39,644 nucleotides of DNA from a virus (IMGVR_UViG_3300009550_000529:1-39644), one strand, 5' to 3'. Counted from the stretch's first letter, positions 1 through 9,481 are shown. Notes: generated by a model not told the origin, from the letters alone. Translations and numbers: made by a program.

Positions 1-1
1 A

Positions 2-727
2 TCAGTTGATTGGTCAGAAGACTTAGATGTTATAGTATCGGAAGAGGCAACTCTTTCAGATGGATTCCGTGATAAGGCTTCAGCAATATTTGAAGCAGCA
101 TACCAATCTAAAGTTGGTGCTGAGATAGATAGGCTGGAATCAGAATATGCGCAAAACCTTGAAAACGAAGTTTCTGAAATTCAAAATGACTTAGTAGAGA
201 AAGTAGATTCTTACTTGAACTACGTAGTTGAAGGATGGATGAAAGAGAACGAATTAGCTGTTCAAACAGGTCTTAGAACTGAGATCGCTGAAGAGTTCAT
301 GAATTCTTTACAGAGCGTTTTCAAAGAGCATTATATTGAAGTTCCAGAAGGTAAAGCAGACTTAATCGACGACTTAGCCGATCAAGTAGCTGAACTAGAA
401 GAGCAACTCAATAAAACCACAGAAGATAATATACGTTTATACGAATCAGCTCAATCATTTGAGAAAGCAGATATCGTACGTAAGGCATCTTCAGGCTTAG
501 CAGTAACTGAAGCTGAGAAATTAGCATCTTTAGTAGAAGATGTAGAATTCGAAGATAGCGAAACTTTTGAAACAAAAGTAAAAACTATTAAAGAATCTTA
601 CTTCAAACAGGATGTTAGTGAATCAACTGACGAAGCTGATGCAGTCGTAGGTGAAGATAATTCTCCAGTAGAAATATCAGAAGCTATGAGCGCATACACT
701 AATGCCATAACTAAATTTAATAAATAA
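2..727 (+). CDS. gp22: Prohead core scaffolding protein (T4 gp22-like), 5'-truncated by window edge
   Basis: The frame of ORF 215..727 is open back to position 2 (SVDWSEDLDVIVSEEATLSDGFRDKASAIFEAA...VDSYLNYVVEGWMKENELA). Acidic, helical, directly upstream of gp23. Confidence 0.9.
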   Translation, partial: SVDWSEDLDVIVSEEATLSDGFRDKASAIFEAAYQSKVGAEIDRLESEYAQNLENEVSEIQNDLVEKVDSYLNYVVEGWMKENELAVQTGLRTEIAEEFMNSLQSVFKEHYIEVPEGKADLIDDLADQVAELEEQLNKTTEDNIRLYESAQSFEKADIVRKASSGLAVTEAEKLASLVEDVEFEDSETFETKVKTIKESYFKQDVSESTDEADAVVGEDNSPVEISEAMSAYTNAITKFNK

Positions 728-752
728 TTTGCAAACCTTAAAGGGGAAAAAA

Positions 753-2072
753 ATGTTTAACGCAGATAAAAACTTAATCGAAAAATGGGAACCAGTCCTA
801 GGTCACGAAAGTGCTCCTGAGATCAAAGACCATTATAAGAAAGCGGTTACTGCACGTCTTCTTGAAAACCAAGAAGTAGCCCTTAGAGAAGAAAGAGCAA
901 AAAGATCATTCGATTTAACAGAAGCAGCTCCAGCTAACGCTACTGGTTCTAATATCGATAACTTTGATCCGGTTCTTATTTCTTTAGTTAGACGTGCTAT
1001 GCCTAACTTGATTGCTTATGACATTGCTGGCGTTCAGCCAATGAGTGGACCAACAGGTCTTATCTTCGCAATGAAATCTAAGTATTCAACACAAGGCGGA
1101 ACAGAAGCTCTATTCGACGAAGCGGATACAGACTTCTCAGGTACTGGTACACATCAAGCTGATCCAACTGGTTTAGCAGGTGTAGTAGACGCCGACACAG
1201 ACGGATCCATCGCAGACACAGCAGACGTTGTATCTACATTTGGTTCTGGTCTTTCAACAACAGCTGCAGAGAGACTCGGAAGAGGCGGATCTGGAGACGG
1301 TTCTTTTGGTGAAATGGCTTTCTCAATTGAGAAATCAACTGTTACAGCTAAATCAAGAGCACTTAAAGCTGAATACACAATGGAATTAGCACAAGACCTT
1401 AAAGCAATTCATGGTCTTGACGCTGAAGGCGAACTTGCTAATATCCTATCAGCTGAGATCTTAGCTGAAATCAACCGTGAAGTTGTTAGAACAATTTTAA
1501 CAAAAGCTAAAATTGGTGCTTTACAATCTTCAACTGCAGTTTCTGGTATCTTTGACGTTGCCACTGACTCAGACGGTAGATGGATGGCAGAGAAATTTAA
1601 AGGCCTAATTATGCAACTCGAAAGAGAGGCAAACGTTATCGCTAAAGAAACAAGACGTGGAAAAGGTAACTTTGTTATCGTTTCTTCAGACGTTGCTTCA
1701 GCTTTAGCAGCTTCAGGCATGTTAGATTACTCTCCAGCTCTTTCAACTAACTTAAACGTTGATGACACAGGTAATACATTTGCTGGTGTTCTTAACGGAA
1801 GATTGAAAGTGTATATTGATCCTTATTCAACTACAGACTTCGCGTGTGTAGGTTATAGAGGTAACAACCCTTATGACGCTGGTATGTTCTACTGCCCATA
1901 CGTTCCTTTAACTATGGTTAAAGCCGTTGGTGAGAACGATTTCCAACCAAGGATCGGATTCAAAACAAGATATGGAATGGTTGCTAACCCATTCGTCGCA
2001 GCAGACGGAGTAGGTACTGATAGAGCTAACCCATACTTTAGAATCTTCAGAGTTGATGACATAATGGTGTAA
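753..2072 (+). CDS. gp23: Major capsid protein (T4 gp23-like)
   Basis: Motifs LLENQE, FDPVLISLVRRAMPNLIAYDIAGVQPMSGPTGLIFAM, AKSRALKAEYTMELAQDLKAIHG, YCPYVPL, FQPRIGFKTRYG. ATG 753 follows AAGGGG SD. Probable gp21 cleavage site LTE|AAPAN. Confidence 0.98.
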   Translation: MFNADKNLIEKWEPVLGHESAPEIKDHYKKAVTARLLENQEVALREERAKRSFDLTEAAPANATGSNIDNFDPVLISLVRRAMPNLIAYDIAGVQPMSGPTGLIFAMKSKYSTQGGTEALFDEADTDFSGTGTHQADPTGLAGVVDADTDGSIADTADVVSTFGSGLSTTAAERLGRGGSGDGSFGEMAFSIEKSTVTAKSRALKAEYTMELAQDLKAIHGLDAEGELANILSAEILAEINREVVRTILTKAKIGALQSSTAVSGIFDVATDSDGRWMAEKFKGLIMQLEREANVIAKETRRGKGNFVIVSSDVASALAASGMLDYSPALSTNLNVDDTGNTFAGVLNGRLKVYIDPYSTTDFACVGYRGNNPYDAGMFYCPYVPLTMVKAVGENDFQPRIGFKTRYGMVANPFVAADGVGTDRANPYFRIFRVDDIMV

Positions 2073-2095
2073 ACCGTTTTTCGAAACAACTATTT

Positions 2096-2120
2096 AAAGA
2101 GGGACTTCGGTCCCTCTTTT
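2096..2120 (+). terminator. Rho-independent terminator after gp23
   Basis: AAAGAGGGAC-TTCG-GTCCCTCTTTT: perfect stem, C(UUCG)G tetraloop, U tract. Confidence 0.9.
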
Positions 2121-2144
2121 CTTGTAGACTGCCTTTTTAAGTTG

Positions 2145-2152
2145 TATAAATA
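2145..2152 (+). promoter_or_regulatory. T4-type late (gp55) promoter
   Basis: TATAAATA, intergenic, upstream of gp3. Confidence 0.8.
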
Positions 2153-2157
2153 GATGT

Positions 2158-2241
2158 ATGATAAAAAAATATATAAACACAATTCATAAGTTTATGAAAA
2201 AGGGTAGAATACATAAAATTTGGAAAATCTCAATCGGATAA
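2158..2241 (+). CDS. Small basic hypothetical peptide (27 aa)
   Basis: MIKKYINTIHKFMKKGRIHKIWKISIG*. Starts 5 nt after the late promoter and fills the gap to gp3. Not in the ORF track. Confidence 0.4.
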   Translation: MIKKYINTIHKFMKKGRIHKIWKISIG

Positions 2242-2245
2242 TTAA

Positions 2246-2707
2246 ATGGCATTAACTTCTAATAAAAACTTTTTAAGTCCAATAGGATTTAATTTTAAGA
2301 TAGACGCAAACTTCGCGAATACAGAATATTTCTGTACCCAGGCCAACTTGCCTGGTATATCGCTATCGGCAATTGAGCAACCTTATAAAGGTGTTAACTT
2401 AGGTCTAACCGGTGATCGTATGACCTTTGACCAATTAACTATAACATTTAACGTGACAGAGAACCTAGAAAACTATATCGAAATATATAACTGGATGCAT
2501 GATATAATCCAGAAGAAAGATGATAAACAAAAGTATGATGCAAGACTCATGATACTATCATCACATAATAACGTATCAAAAGTTATTAAGTTTCAGGAAC
2601 TCTTTCCAACAAGTTTATCCTCAATAGAATTTAATGCACAACAATCAGACATTGAATATGTACAAGCTAGTGTGAGCTTTAAGTATACATACTTTGAATT
2701 TGAATAA
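2246..2707 (+). CDS. gp3: Tail completion / tail-tube terminator (gp3-like)
   Basis: NFLSPIGFNF..EYFCTQANLPGISL..FNVTENLENY.EIY.W..FPTSLSSIEF; gp23-gp3-uvsY-uvsW synteny of marine T4-like phages. Confidence 0.8.
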   Translation: MALTSNKNFLSPIGFNFKIDANFANTEYFCTQANLPGISLSAIEQPYKGVNLGLTGDRMTFDQLTITFNVTENLENYIEIYNWMHDIIQKKDDKQKYDARLMILSSHNNVSKVIKFQELFPTSLSSIEFNAQQSDIEYVQASVSFKYTYFEFE

Positions 2708-2710
2708 TTA

Positions 2711-2743
2711 GGGATTTACAAATACCATAAACTATGGTATAAT
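2711..2743 (+). promoter_or_regulatory. sigma70-type early/middle promoter
   Basis: GGGA-TTTACA(2715-2720)-N17-TATAAT(2738-2743), extended -10 (TGG). ATG of uvsY only 7 nt downstream. Confidence 0.8.
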
Positions 2744-2750
2744 AGACATT

Positions 2751-3194
2751 ATGAATATAGAATCTTTACTTGAAATGTGGCAGAAAGACTGTCATATAGA
2801 CGAAATGGCATTGGATGAAGCTACACGCGAATCCGCTAAATTACATTCTAAATACCTAGATCTTTACTCTAGATCTAAACTTAAATTAAAGAAATTGGAA
2901 TTTGATTTCAAACCACTCCTGCGCGATAAACAATTGCATTACTCTGGTAAACTATCACAGGAAGAGTTAGACCAAAAAGGATGGGAATACGATCCATTAA
3001 ATGGTTTAACTGTTTTAAAAAGTGATTTAGATAAATGGTATGATGCAGATCCTGTAATACAAGAACATCAATTAAAGATAGCTATGCAAGAAGAAATAGT
3101 AGCTACTTTAAAAGAGATAATGGATACGATAAGATGGAGACATCAATCTATTAAGAATATGATTGAGTGGAGAAAGTTTACTAGTGGAATATAA
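2751..3194 (+). CDS. uvsY: Recombination mediator UvsY
   Basis: W.KD..ID...LD......AKLHSKYL..., YSGK, D.DP, I.WRHQSIKNMIEWRKF.SG; position before uvsW. Confidence 0.9.
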   Translation: MNIESLLEMWQKDCHIDEMALDEATRESAKLHSKYLDLYSRSKLKLKKLEFDFKPLLRDKQLHYSGKLSQEELDQKGWEYDPLNGLTVLKSDLDKWYDADPVIQEHQLKIAMQEEIVATLKEIMDTIRWRHQSIKNMIEWRKFTSGI

Positions 3195-4077
3195 GATACA
3201 CCAATATCGTTTTGACAACTTTACTAAACACGAAGAAATAATTAGACAAGCGTTTAATGAACTTGGTCATACTGAAGTAGATAATCCTATACATGGATTA
3301 GTAGAATGGAATGTATATAACCATTGTCATATAAATGAAGTATATACCGCTAACAATATTATATTTAAACCTACTGCACCAACATCTAATCATTTTGTTT
3401 TAGATACTATAGGTTATGCAAATAGTTCTTCTTTAGCATTTAATAAACCACTACAAGTTGAAATGAGGAATTGGCCTAAAACAGATTATAATGTAATTAA
3501 TGCTTTTATTGAAACCAAATCTAATAAATGGGATGATTCTATATTATTGAAATGGCGTAAACCTAAAATAAAAATTCCAAATGACCATGTATTAATTATA
3601 GGACAACAACCACATGATGAAACTGTAAATGGTTTTGGGTTTGGTGACCATTGGAAAAAGATTTGCCAAATAGTAAATGCAATACCTAAAGACAATATAG
3701 TAATTAAATTACATCCAGCTATGAAAGGTAAGAAAGAACAAATAGCCAAATGGAGAAAAGAAGGAATAACTGTTATAGATGGATTTATTAGTATACATGA
3801 CGTGCTCCCGCGCACCCGCGTCGCGATCATAGATAATAGTACTGCAGGAATAGAATGTTTAATGCACCAAGTACCTATTATATCTTACGGATGGCCAGAA
3901 TACCATTGGGCAACAAAGAAATTACAAACACTAACAGAATTACCTAATTTGGTTAAAGATTTAGATTGGTATGATAAAGAATATGCAAACAATTTTATAT
4001 TATGGTATATACACGAATACCTTTGTTATGATGTTGAAAGCACTAAAGAAAGAATAAATGGAATCATTAATAGTTAA
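3184..4077 (+). CDS. Capsule polysaccharide synthesis KpsS/KpsC-like GT-B glycosyltransferase
   Basis: LIIGQQPHDETV, IVIKLHP, SIHDVL, IIDNSTAGIECLMHQVPIISYG.PEY match the Capsule_synth pattern (Q..D, K.HP, NST.G.EA). Start uncertain (GTG 3184 vs track 3163). Confidence 0.7.
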   Translation: MEYKIHQYRFDNFTKHEEIIRQAFNELGHTEVDNPIHGLVEWNVYNHCHINEVYTANNIIFKPTAPTSNHFVLDTIGYANSSSLAFNKPLQVEMRNWPKTDYNVINAFIETKSNKWDDSILLKWRKPKIKIPNDHVLIIGQQPHDETVNGFGFGDHWKKICQIVNAIPKDNIVIKLHPAMKGKKEQIAKWRKEGITVIDGFISIHDVLPRTRVAIIDNSTAGIECLMHQVPIISYGWPEYHWATKKLQTLTELPNLVKDLDWYDKEYANNFILWYIHEYLCYDVESTKERINGIINS

Positions 4078-5551
4078 AAAAGTAAACGAATCATTCTTAC
4101 ATATAGAATGTGAGCCGAGTACTGAAAGAGAACTTAGTGAACATTTTTGTTTCTATGTACCTGGTTATAAGTTTATGCCAGCATATAAAAATCGTATGTG
4201 GGATGGTAAAATACGTTTATTTGATATGCGTAAGAAAACATTATACTGTGGACTATACAAATATTTAGAACAATTCTGTGAAGAAAGAGACTATACAATT
4301 GTTAACGATGGACCAATTACAGAAGAGTTTGACCAAGATATATTGGACGCAACATTGGAAGAAACAACGTTACCAAGCCATATATCACCAAGGGATTACC
4401 AATTAAATGCTCTTAAACACGCGCTACGTGCGTCTAAAAGCCTATTATTATCACCTACTGCATCAGGTAAGTCATTAATCATTTATTTATTGGTCAGATA
4501 TTACCTATTAAAAAATCCAACAAAAAAGATATTAATCATTGTACCAACTACATCTTTGGTTGAACAAATGTATTCTGACTTTGAAGAATATTCTAAGAAT
4601 GATCCGTCTTTTAACACTGACGAATTCTGTCATAGAATATATGGTGGTGCAGAAAAAACTACATTGTTAAGATGTAAAATATCTACATGGCAATCACAAC
4701 ATAAACTGCCGGCAAAAGCTTTTGAAAATATTGGTATGGTTATTGGTGATGAAGCACACCAATTTAAAGCCAAATCATTAACATCGATTATGGAAAAATG
4801 TATTAATGCAGAATATAAAATTGGAACAACCGGAACATTAGATGGAACACAAACACACCAATTAGTATTAGAAGGTTTATTTGGACCTGTTCATAGAGTA
4901 ACAACAACTAAAGCATTAATGGATAACGAACAATTAGCACAATTAGATATACAGATATTACTCTTAAAATATAAAGAAGAATACTGTAAAGTTATATCTA
5001 AATTAAAATACCAACAGGAATTAGACTTTCTTGTTGGATACGACCCGCGCAATAATTTTATAAGTAACTTGGCAATAGACCAAAAAGGTAATACATTAAT
5101 ATTATTTAATTACGTAGAAAAACATGGTAAGCCATTATATGATATGTTAAAAGATAAATTAGATAAACATAAAGTATTTAAAGATAGAAAACTATTCTAT
5201 GTAAGTGGTGAAACCCCAGTTGATGACAGAGAACAAATAAGAGCCATTACAGAAAAAGAGGGTAATGCAATTATCGTAGCATCACTAGGTACGTTCTCAA
5301 CTGGTATAAATATAAAGAGATTACATAATTTAATATTCGCTTCGCCCTCTAAGTCTCAGATTCGTGTATTACAATCGATTGGAAGAGGGCTTAGGGTTTC
5401 TGGGGATAATATAAATACCACAGTATATGATATCGCAGATGATTTACATTATAAATCTAAGAAGAATTATACCCTAAATCACGCGGCCGAAAGAATTAAA
5501 ATATATTCAAAAGAAAAGTTTAAATACAAAATTTACGAGATAAATATATAA
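4058..5551 (+). CDS. uvsW: UvsW SF2 DNA helicase
   Basis: PRDYQ, SPTASGKS (Walker A), IIVPTTSLVEQM, GDEAH, GTTGT, FSTGINI, QSIGRGLR. Confidence 0.96.
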   Translation: MESLIVKKVNESFLHIECEPSTERELSEHFCFYVPGYKFMPAYKNRMWDGKIRLFDMRKKTLYCGLYKYLEQFCEERDYTIVNDGPITEEFDQDILDATLEETTLPSHISPRDYQLNALKHALRASKSLLLSPTASGKSLIIYLLVRYYLLKNPTKKILIIVPTTSLVEQMYSDFEEYSKNDPSFNTDEFCHRIYGGAEKTTLLRCKISTWQSQHKLPAKAFENIGMVIGDEAHQFKAKSLTSIMEKCINAEYKIGTTGTLDGTQTHQLVLEGLFGPVHRVTTTKALMDNEQLAQLDIQILLLKYKEEYCKVISKLKYQQELDFLVGYDPRNNFISNLAIDQKGNTLILFNYVEKHGKPLYDMLKDKLDKHKVFKDRKLFYVSGETPVDDREQIRAITEKEGNAIIVASLGTFSTGINIKRLHNLIFASPSKSQIRVLQSIGRGLRVSGDNINTTVYDIADDLHYKSKKNYTLNHAAERIKIYSKEKFKYKIYEINI

Positions 5552-5552
5552 T

Positions 5553-5936
5553 ATGGACACATTACTTTTATCCATTAGACATTTTAAGCTAGTATCTGGC
5601 GAAGAGATAGTAGCACTAATAAAAGAAAAAGATGATGGAACAATCACAATAGAAAGACCATACCTAGTAAAGAATAACCTAATTGGTGGCTTTGCTTTTA
5701 TACCTTGGTTTCCTTTCTCATCTCAAAAGATATTTAAAATACAAAGATCTAATATTGTACACCACGTTGAGATAGATCCAGATATGAAACAAGAGTATAT
5801 AAAGTTGGCGACTAGCTACATGAAGCCTAGAGCCAATCCACCTTCAATGAAAACCGAAGAGGAAATACTTGACGCCCTCGAGGAAGAATTATATGATGAA
5901 ATTAAAGAACCTGAAGAGATTAAAACTATTCACTAA
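5553..5936 (+). CDS. Sm/LSm-like fold conserved T4-like protein
   Basis: HFKLVSGEEIVA...IERPY...FIPWFPFS; usual gene between uvsW and gp55. Late-promoter variant GATAAATA at 5539-5546. Confidence 0.6.
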   Translation: MDTLLLSIRHFKLVSGEEIVALIKEKDDGTITIERPYLVKNNLIGGFAFIPWFPFSSQKIFKIQRSNIVHHVEIDPDMKQEYIKLATSYMKPRANPPSMKTEEEILDALEEELYDEIKEPEEIKTIH

Positions 5937-5965
5937 TCTCTCTCTGTCCCTGAGGACGACAATAT

Positions 5966-5999
5966 ATTATATCATAAAAAACGAGTTTTGTAAACCCCC
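5966..5999 (-). promoter_or_regulatory. Antisense sigma70-type promoter of the same family
   Basis: Reverse complement reads GGGGG-TTTACA(5994-5989)-N17-TATAAT(5971-5966) with TGA extended -10. Confidence 0.75.
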
Positions 6000-6004
6000 A
6001 AATT

Positions 6005-6038
6005 GGGGATTTACTTTTCTTTTAAACTATGGTATAAT
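6005..6038 (+). promoter_or_regulatory. sigma70-type promoter for gp55-47-46
   Basis: GGGGA-TTTACT(6010-6015)-N17-TATAAT(6033-6038); GGAG SD downstream. Confidence 0.8.
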
Positions 6039-6061
6039 GGACAACATTATGGAGATAAACT

Positions 6062-6637
6062 ATGGCCGCTAAAATACCTGCGAAGAAAAAACCTCACTAC
6101 ATAAACAACAAAGAATTTTCTTTAGCTGTTGTTGAATATGTAAAAACTGTTAATGAAGCTAAAGAAAAAGATAAAAGCACACCTAAAGTTACTGACTATA
6201 TTGCCACATGTTTTATAAAGATAGCTGAAGGGTTAAGTCATAGACCAAACTTTGTTCGGTATACCTATCGGGAAGAGATGGTTATGGATGCTGTGGAAAA
6301 CTGTTTAAGAGCAATTAATAATTATAAGATTGAAACTGCTACAAGAACGGGTAATCCTAACGCATTCTCTTACTTTACCCAAATATGTTATTTTGCATTT
6401 ATACGTAGAATAGCAAAAGAAAAGAAACAACAAGATATTAAATTCAGATTTATTGAAAAGATGGGTATAGAAGACTTTACTCAAATGGGTATGGATGAAG
6501 CTGGCGCAGCAGAAACCATGGCTTATGTAGATACACTAAGACAAAGAATTAGTCAAGTCAGAACAAAAGACGAAGCTATTAAAACCTTTGCTAAAAAAGA
6601 AAAAGAAAAGAAGAAGTTAGAACTCTTCATGGGATAA
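6062..6637 (+). CDS. gp55: Late transcription sigma factor
   Basis: HYINNKEF, IAEGLSHRPNFVRYTYREEMVMDAVENC, NAFSYFTQICYFAFIRRIAKEKKQ. Confidence 0.96.
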   Translation: MAAKIPAKKKPHYINNKEFSLAVVEYVKTVNEAKEKDKSTPKVTDYIATCFIKIAEGLSHRPNFVRYTYREEMVMDAVENCLRAINNYKIETATRTGNPNAFSYFTQICYFAFIRRIAKEKKQQDIKFRFIEKMGIEDFTQMGMDEAGAAETMAYVDTLRQRISQVRTKDEAIKTFAKKEKEKKKLELFMG

Positions 6638-6640
6638 TAT

Positions 6641-7702
6641 ATGAAAGTAGCTATACTAAACGACACTCACTGTGGTGTCAGAAATTCATCAGATATATTC
6701 TTACAATACCAAGGAAGATTTTACGAAGAGATATTCTTTCCGTATTTAAAAGAACATAACATAAAACACATTTTACATTTAGGTGATTACTATGAACATC
6801 GTAAGTTCGTTAACTTCAAAGCTCTTAACACGAATCGAAAACATTTCTTGGAACCCTTACGGGATGCTGGGATTACTATGGATATTATTCCTGGCAACCA
6901 CGATGTTTATTTTAAGAACACAAACGAACTTTGCAGTTTAAAAGAACTACTAGGTTACTTTACATCAAACATTAATATTGTAATGAAACCCACAGTATTA
7001 GATTATGATGGGTTAGGTGTAGCAGTTATACCTTGGATTAATAATAGTAATTATGCAGAGTATACAAAGTTTGCTATGAACTGCGAAGCTGATATACTTG
7101 GTGCACACTTAGAACTAAAAGGGTTTGATCTAATGGCTGGTGTACCAAATCCACATGGTATGAATGCAGATATATTCTCTAGATTCGAAACAGTACTATC
7201 TGGGCATTTCCATACAAAATCTAGTAGAGATAATATACACTATCTTGGTTCACAAATGGAATTTACTTGGGCAGACGTTGACGATCCAAAGTACTTTCAC
7301 GTGTTGGACACCGATACAAGAGAAATAGAAGCTGTTAGGAACCCGATAACGATTTTTAAAAAGTTTGTTTATGATGATGAAACCAGAGATTATAGTGATA
7401 TAGATATAAGTGAGTTTGAAAAAAAGTTTGTAAAGATTATTGTACTAAACAAAAACGATCTTTACATGTTTGACAAATTCATAGATAAGTTACAATCGGT
7501 CGAAACCTATGAACTTAAGATTGCAGAAAACTTCGAAGAGTTCCTAGGTGATAGCGTACAGGATGATAAAGTTTCTTTGGAAGATACTACTGAGATGTTA
7601 GACTCCTATGTTGAAGCAGTAGATACAGATCTAGACAAAGAACATATAAAAGTGAAATTAAGAGAGCTATATACTGAGGCTCAGAACTTAGAGGTATTAT
7701 GA
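6641..7702 (+). CDS. gp47: Recombination endonuclease subunit (Mre11/SbcD-like)
   Basis: Metallophosphoesterase motifs DTH, HLGD, GNHD, AHLE, SGHFH. Confidence 0.96.
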   Translation: MKVAILNDTHCGVRNSSDIFLQYQGRFYEEIFFPYLKEHNIKHILHLGDYYEHRKFVNFKALNTNRKHFLEPLRDAGITMDIIPGNHDVYFKNTNELCSLKELLGYFTSNINIVMKPTVLDYDGLGVAVIPWINNSNYAEYTKFAMNCEADILGAHLELKGFDLMAGVPNPHGMNADIFSRFETVLSGHFHTKSSRDNIHYLGSQMEFTWADVDDPKYFHVLDTDTREIEAVRNPITIFKKFVYDDETRDYSDIDISEFEKKFVKIIVLNKNDLYMFDKFIDKLQSVETYELKIAENFEEFLGDSVQDDKVSLEDTTEMLDSYVEAVDTDLDKEHIKVKLRELYTEAQNLEVL

Positions 7703-9414
7703 TAACATTTAAATCATGTTCGTGGAAAAATTTCTTATCCACGGGAAACGAAACTATTCAAATTGACTTACACAGATCACCAACAACATTAATCGTAGGA
7801 CAAAACGGGTCCGGTAAATCCACATTACTAGATGCACTCTCGTTTGGTTTATTTGGTAAACCCCATAGGGATATTAAGAAAGACCAATTAATCAATTCAG
7901 TAAATGGTAAAGGTACAATTGTAGAAGTAGAGTTTGATATTGGTGGTAAAGGATTTAAAATAATAAGGGGTATAAAACCAAGTAAGTTTGAAATATATAA
8001 AGATGATAAGTTAATTAACCAGGCATCGAATGCAAGAGATTACCAAAAGTTTTTAGAACAGAATATATTAAAACTAAACCATAAATCGTTTCACCAAATA
8101 GTAGTATTAGGGTCTAGTTCTTTTATACCGTTTATGCAGCTTCCCGCGTGGTCGCGACGTGAAGTTATAGAAGACTTATTAGATATTAACATCTTTAGTA
8201 AGATGAACCAATTACTAAAAGAACGTAATGCGTTAATAAGAAATCAGTTAGTAGATATTGGTCATCAATTAGATCTTGTTAAAAGTAAAATGCAGGGTCA
8301 AGAGAAATATATAAAAGATCTACAATCTATAAATAAAGATCAGATAGACCAAAAGCGTAATTCAATTAAAACGCATAAATCAGATATAAACAAACTATTC
8401 GATGAATCTAAAACATTAGGAAAGAATTTGTCCGCAAGTATGAAATCAGAAGAGGATTCATACCAAAGACAAATGGACCAGATAGCTAATATCAAGTCCC
8501 ACAATCTGCAACTAAATACACAGATTAAAACATTAGTTAAAGAAGCTAAGTTTTATGAAGATAATGATAGTTGCCCAACATGCGATCAGGCTATAGGACA
8601 AGATCTAAAGAGTGAAAAGATTGCATTTGTCAAAGTAAGTGCAGCGGAGGTACAATCTGAAAAAGAAGATTTACAAAGGAAACTTTCGGTCCTCAGTTCT
8701 ACAACGACTGAGATTAATCAAAACCTTGATAAGCTTAGAGCTAAACAGAATAAGATTAATAGTAATAACGATCAGATCTCTTTACTCCAAAAAGAGATTG
8801 ACAAGATACAGAAAGAAATTAATTCTTTATCAGGGCAAACCGGTGATGTTAAAGTTGCTAAGAAAGAGTTAACACAATTAAGATCTGATAAGGATGACTT
8901 AACAGAGGATAAGTTAGCCTACACAGAAGAAAGAACTTATAATGAAGTAATTGGGGAAATGCTTAAAGATACAGGTATTAAAACTAAAGTAGTTAAACAA
9001 TACTTACCTGTTATGAATAGGTTAATAAACGAATATCTACAAGTGTTAGATTTCTTTGTAGCTTTCCATTTAGATGAAAACTTTAATGAAACAATTAGGT
9101 CAAGACACAGGGACACATTTAACTATGCATCCTTCTCGGAAGGTGAAAAACAAAGGATTGATTTGTCCCTGCTGTTTACTTGGAGACAAATAGCCAAGAT
9201 GAAAAACAGTGCAGCAACCAATCTATTAGTTCTAGATGAAACCTTTGACTCCAGTCTAGATGTAGATGGTATAGAATGTCTAACCAAGATATTAAGTACA
9301 TTGGACCAAGACTCAAATGTGTTTATTATATCCCACAAAGGTGATGTACTAGAAAACAAATTTAGGTCCAAAATAGAGTTCTACAAAGATAGAAACTTCA
9401 GTAAAATCAAATAG
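7699..9414 (+). CDS. gp46: Recombination endonuclease ATPase subunit (Rad50/SbcC-like)
   Basis: KNFLSTGN, GQNGSGKST, zinc hook CPTC, FSEGEK signature, LVLDETFDSSLD, IISHK. Confidence 0.97.
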   Translation: MITFKSCSWKNFLSTGNETIQIDLHRSPTTLIVGQNGSGKSTLLDALSFGLFGKPHRDIKKDQLINSVNGKGTIVEVEFDIGGKGFKIIRGIKPSKFEIYKDDKLINQASNARDYQKFLEQNILKLNHKSFHQIVVLGSSSFIPFMQLPAWSRREVIEDLLDINIFSKMNQLLKERNALIRNQLVDIGHQLDLVKSKMQGQEKYIKDLQSINKDQIDQKRNSIKTHKSDINKLFDESKTLGKNLSASMKSEEDSYQRQMDQIANIKSHNLQLNTQIKTLVKEAKFYEDNDSCPTCDQAIGQDLKSEKIAFVKVSAAEVQSEKEDLQRKLSVLSSTTTEINQNLDKLRAKQNKINSNNDQISLLQKEIDKIQKEINSLSGQTGDVKVAKKELTQLRSDKDDLTEDKLAYTEERTYNEVIGEMLKDTGIKTKVVKQYLPVMNRLINEYLQVLDFFVAFHLDENFNETIRSRHRDTFNYASFSEGEKQRIDLSLLFTWRQIAKMKNSAATNLLVLDETFDSSLDVDGIECLTKILSTLDQDSNVFIISHKGDVLENKFRSKIEFYKDRNFSKIK

Positions 9415-9447
9415 TTTCGTGACGTTTTCGTGAACTTTCGGGGGGAC

Positions 9448-9481
9448 GGGGGTTCTCAAGGCCCCAAAAATTCGGTATAAT
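9448..9481 (+). promoter_or_regulatory. sigma70-type promoter (variant -35)
   Basis: GGGGG-TTCTCA(9453-9458)-N17-TATAAT(9476-9481); AAGGAG SD before 9512. Confidence 0.65.

Noticed and set aside
2722-2740. Inverted repeat ATACCATA-AAC-TATGGTAT in the uvsY promoter spacer
   Set aside because: AT-rich, single occurrence, partly forced by the promoter consensus; no evidence of function
5869-6072. 67-aa + strand ORF
   Set aside because: Runs through the divergent promoter and hairpin region and overlaps two real genes
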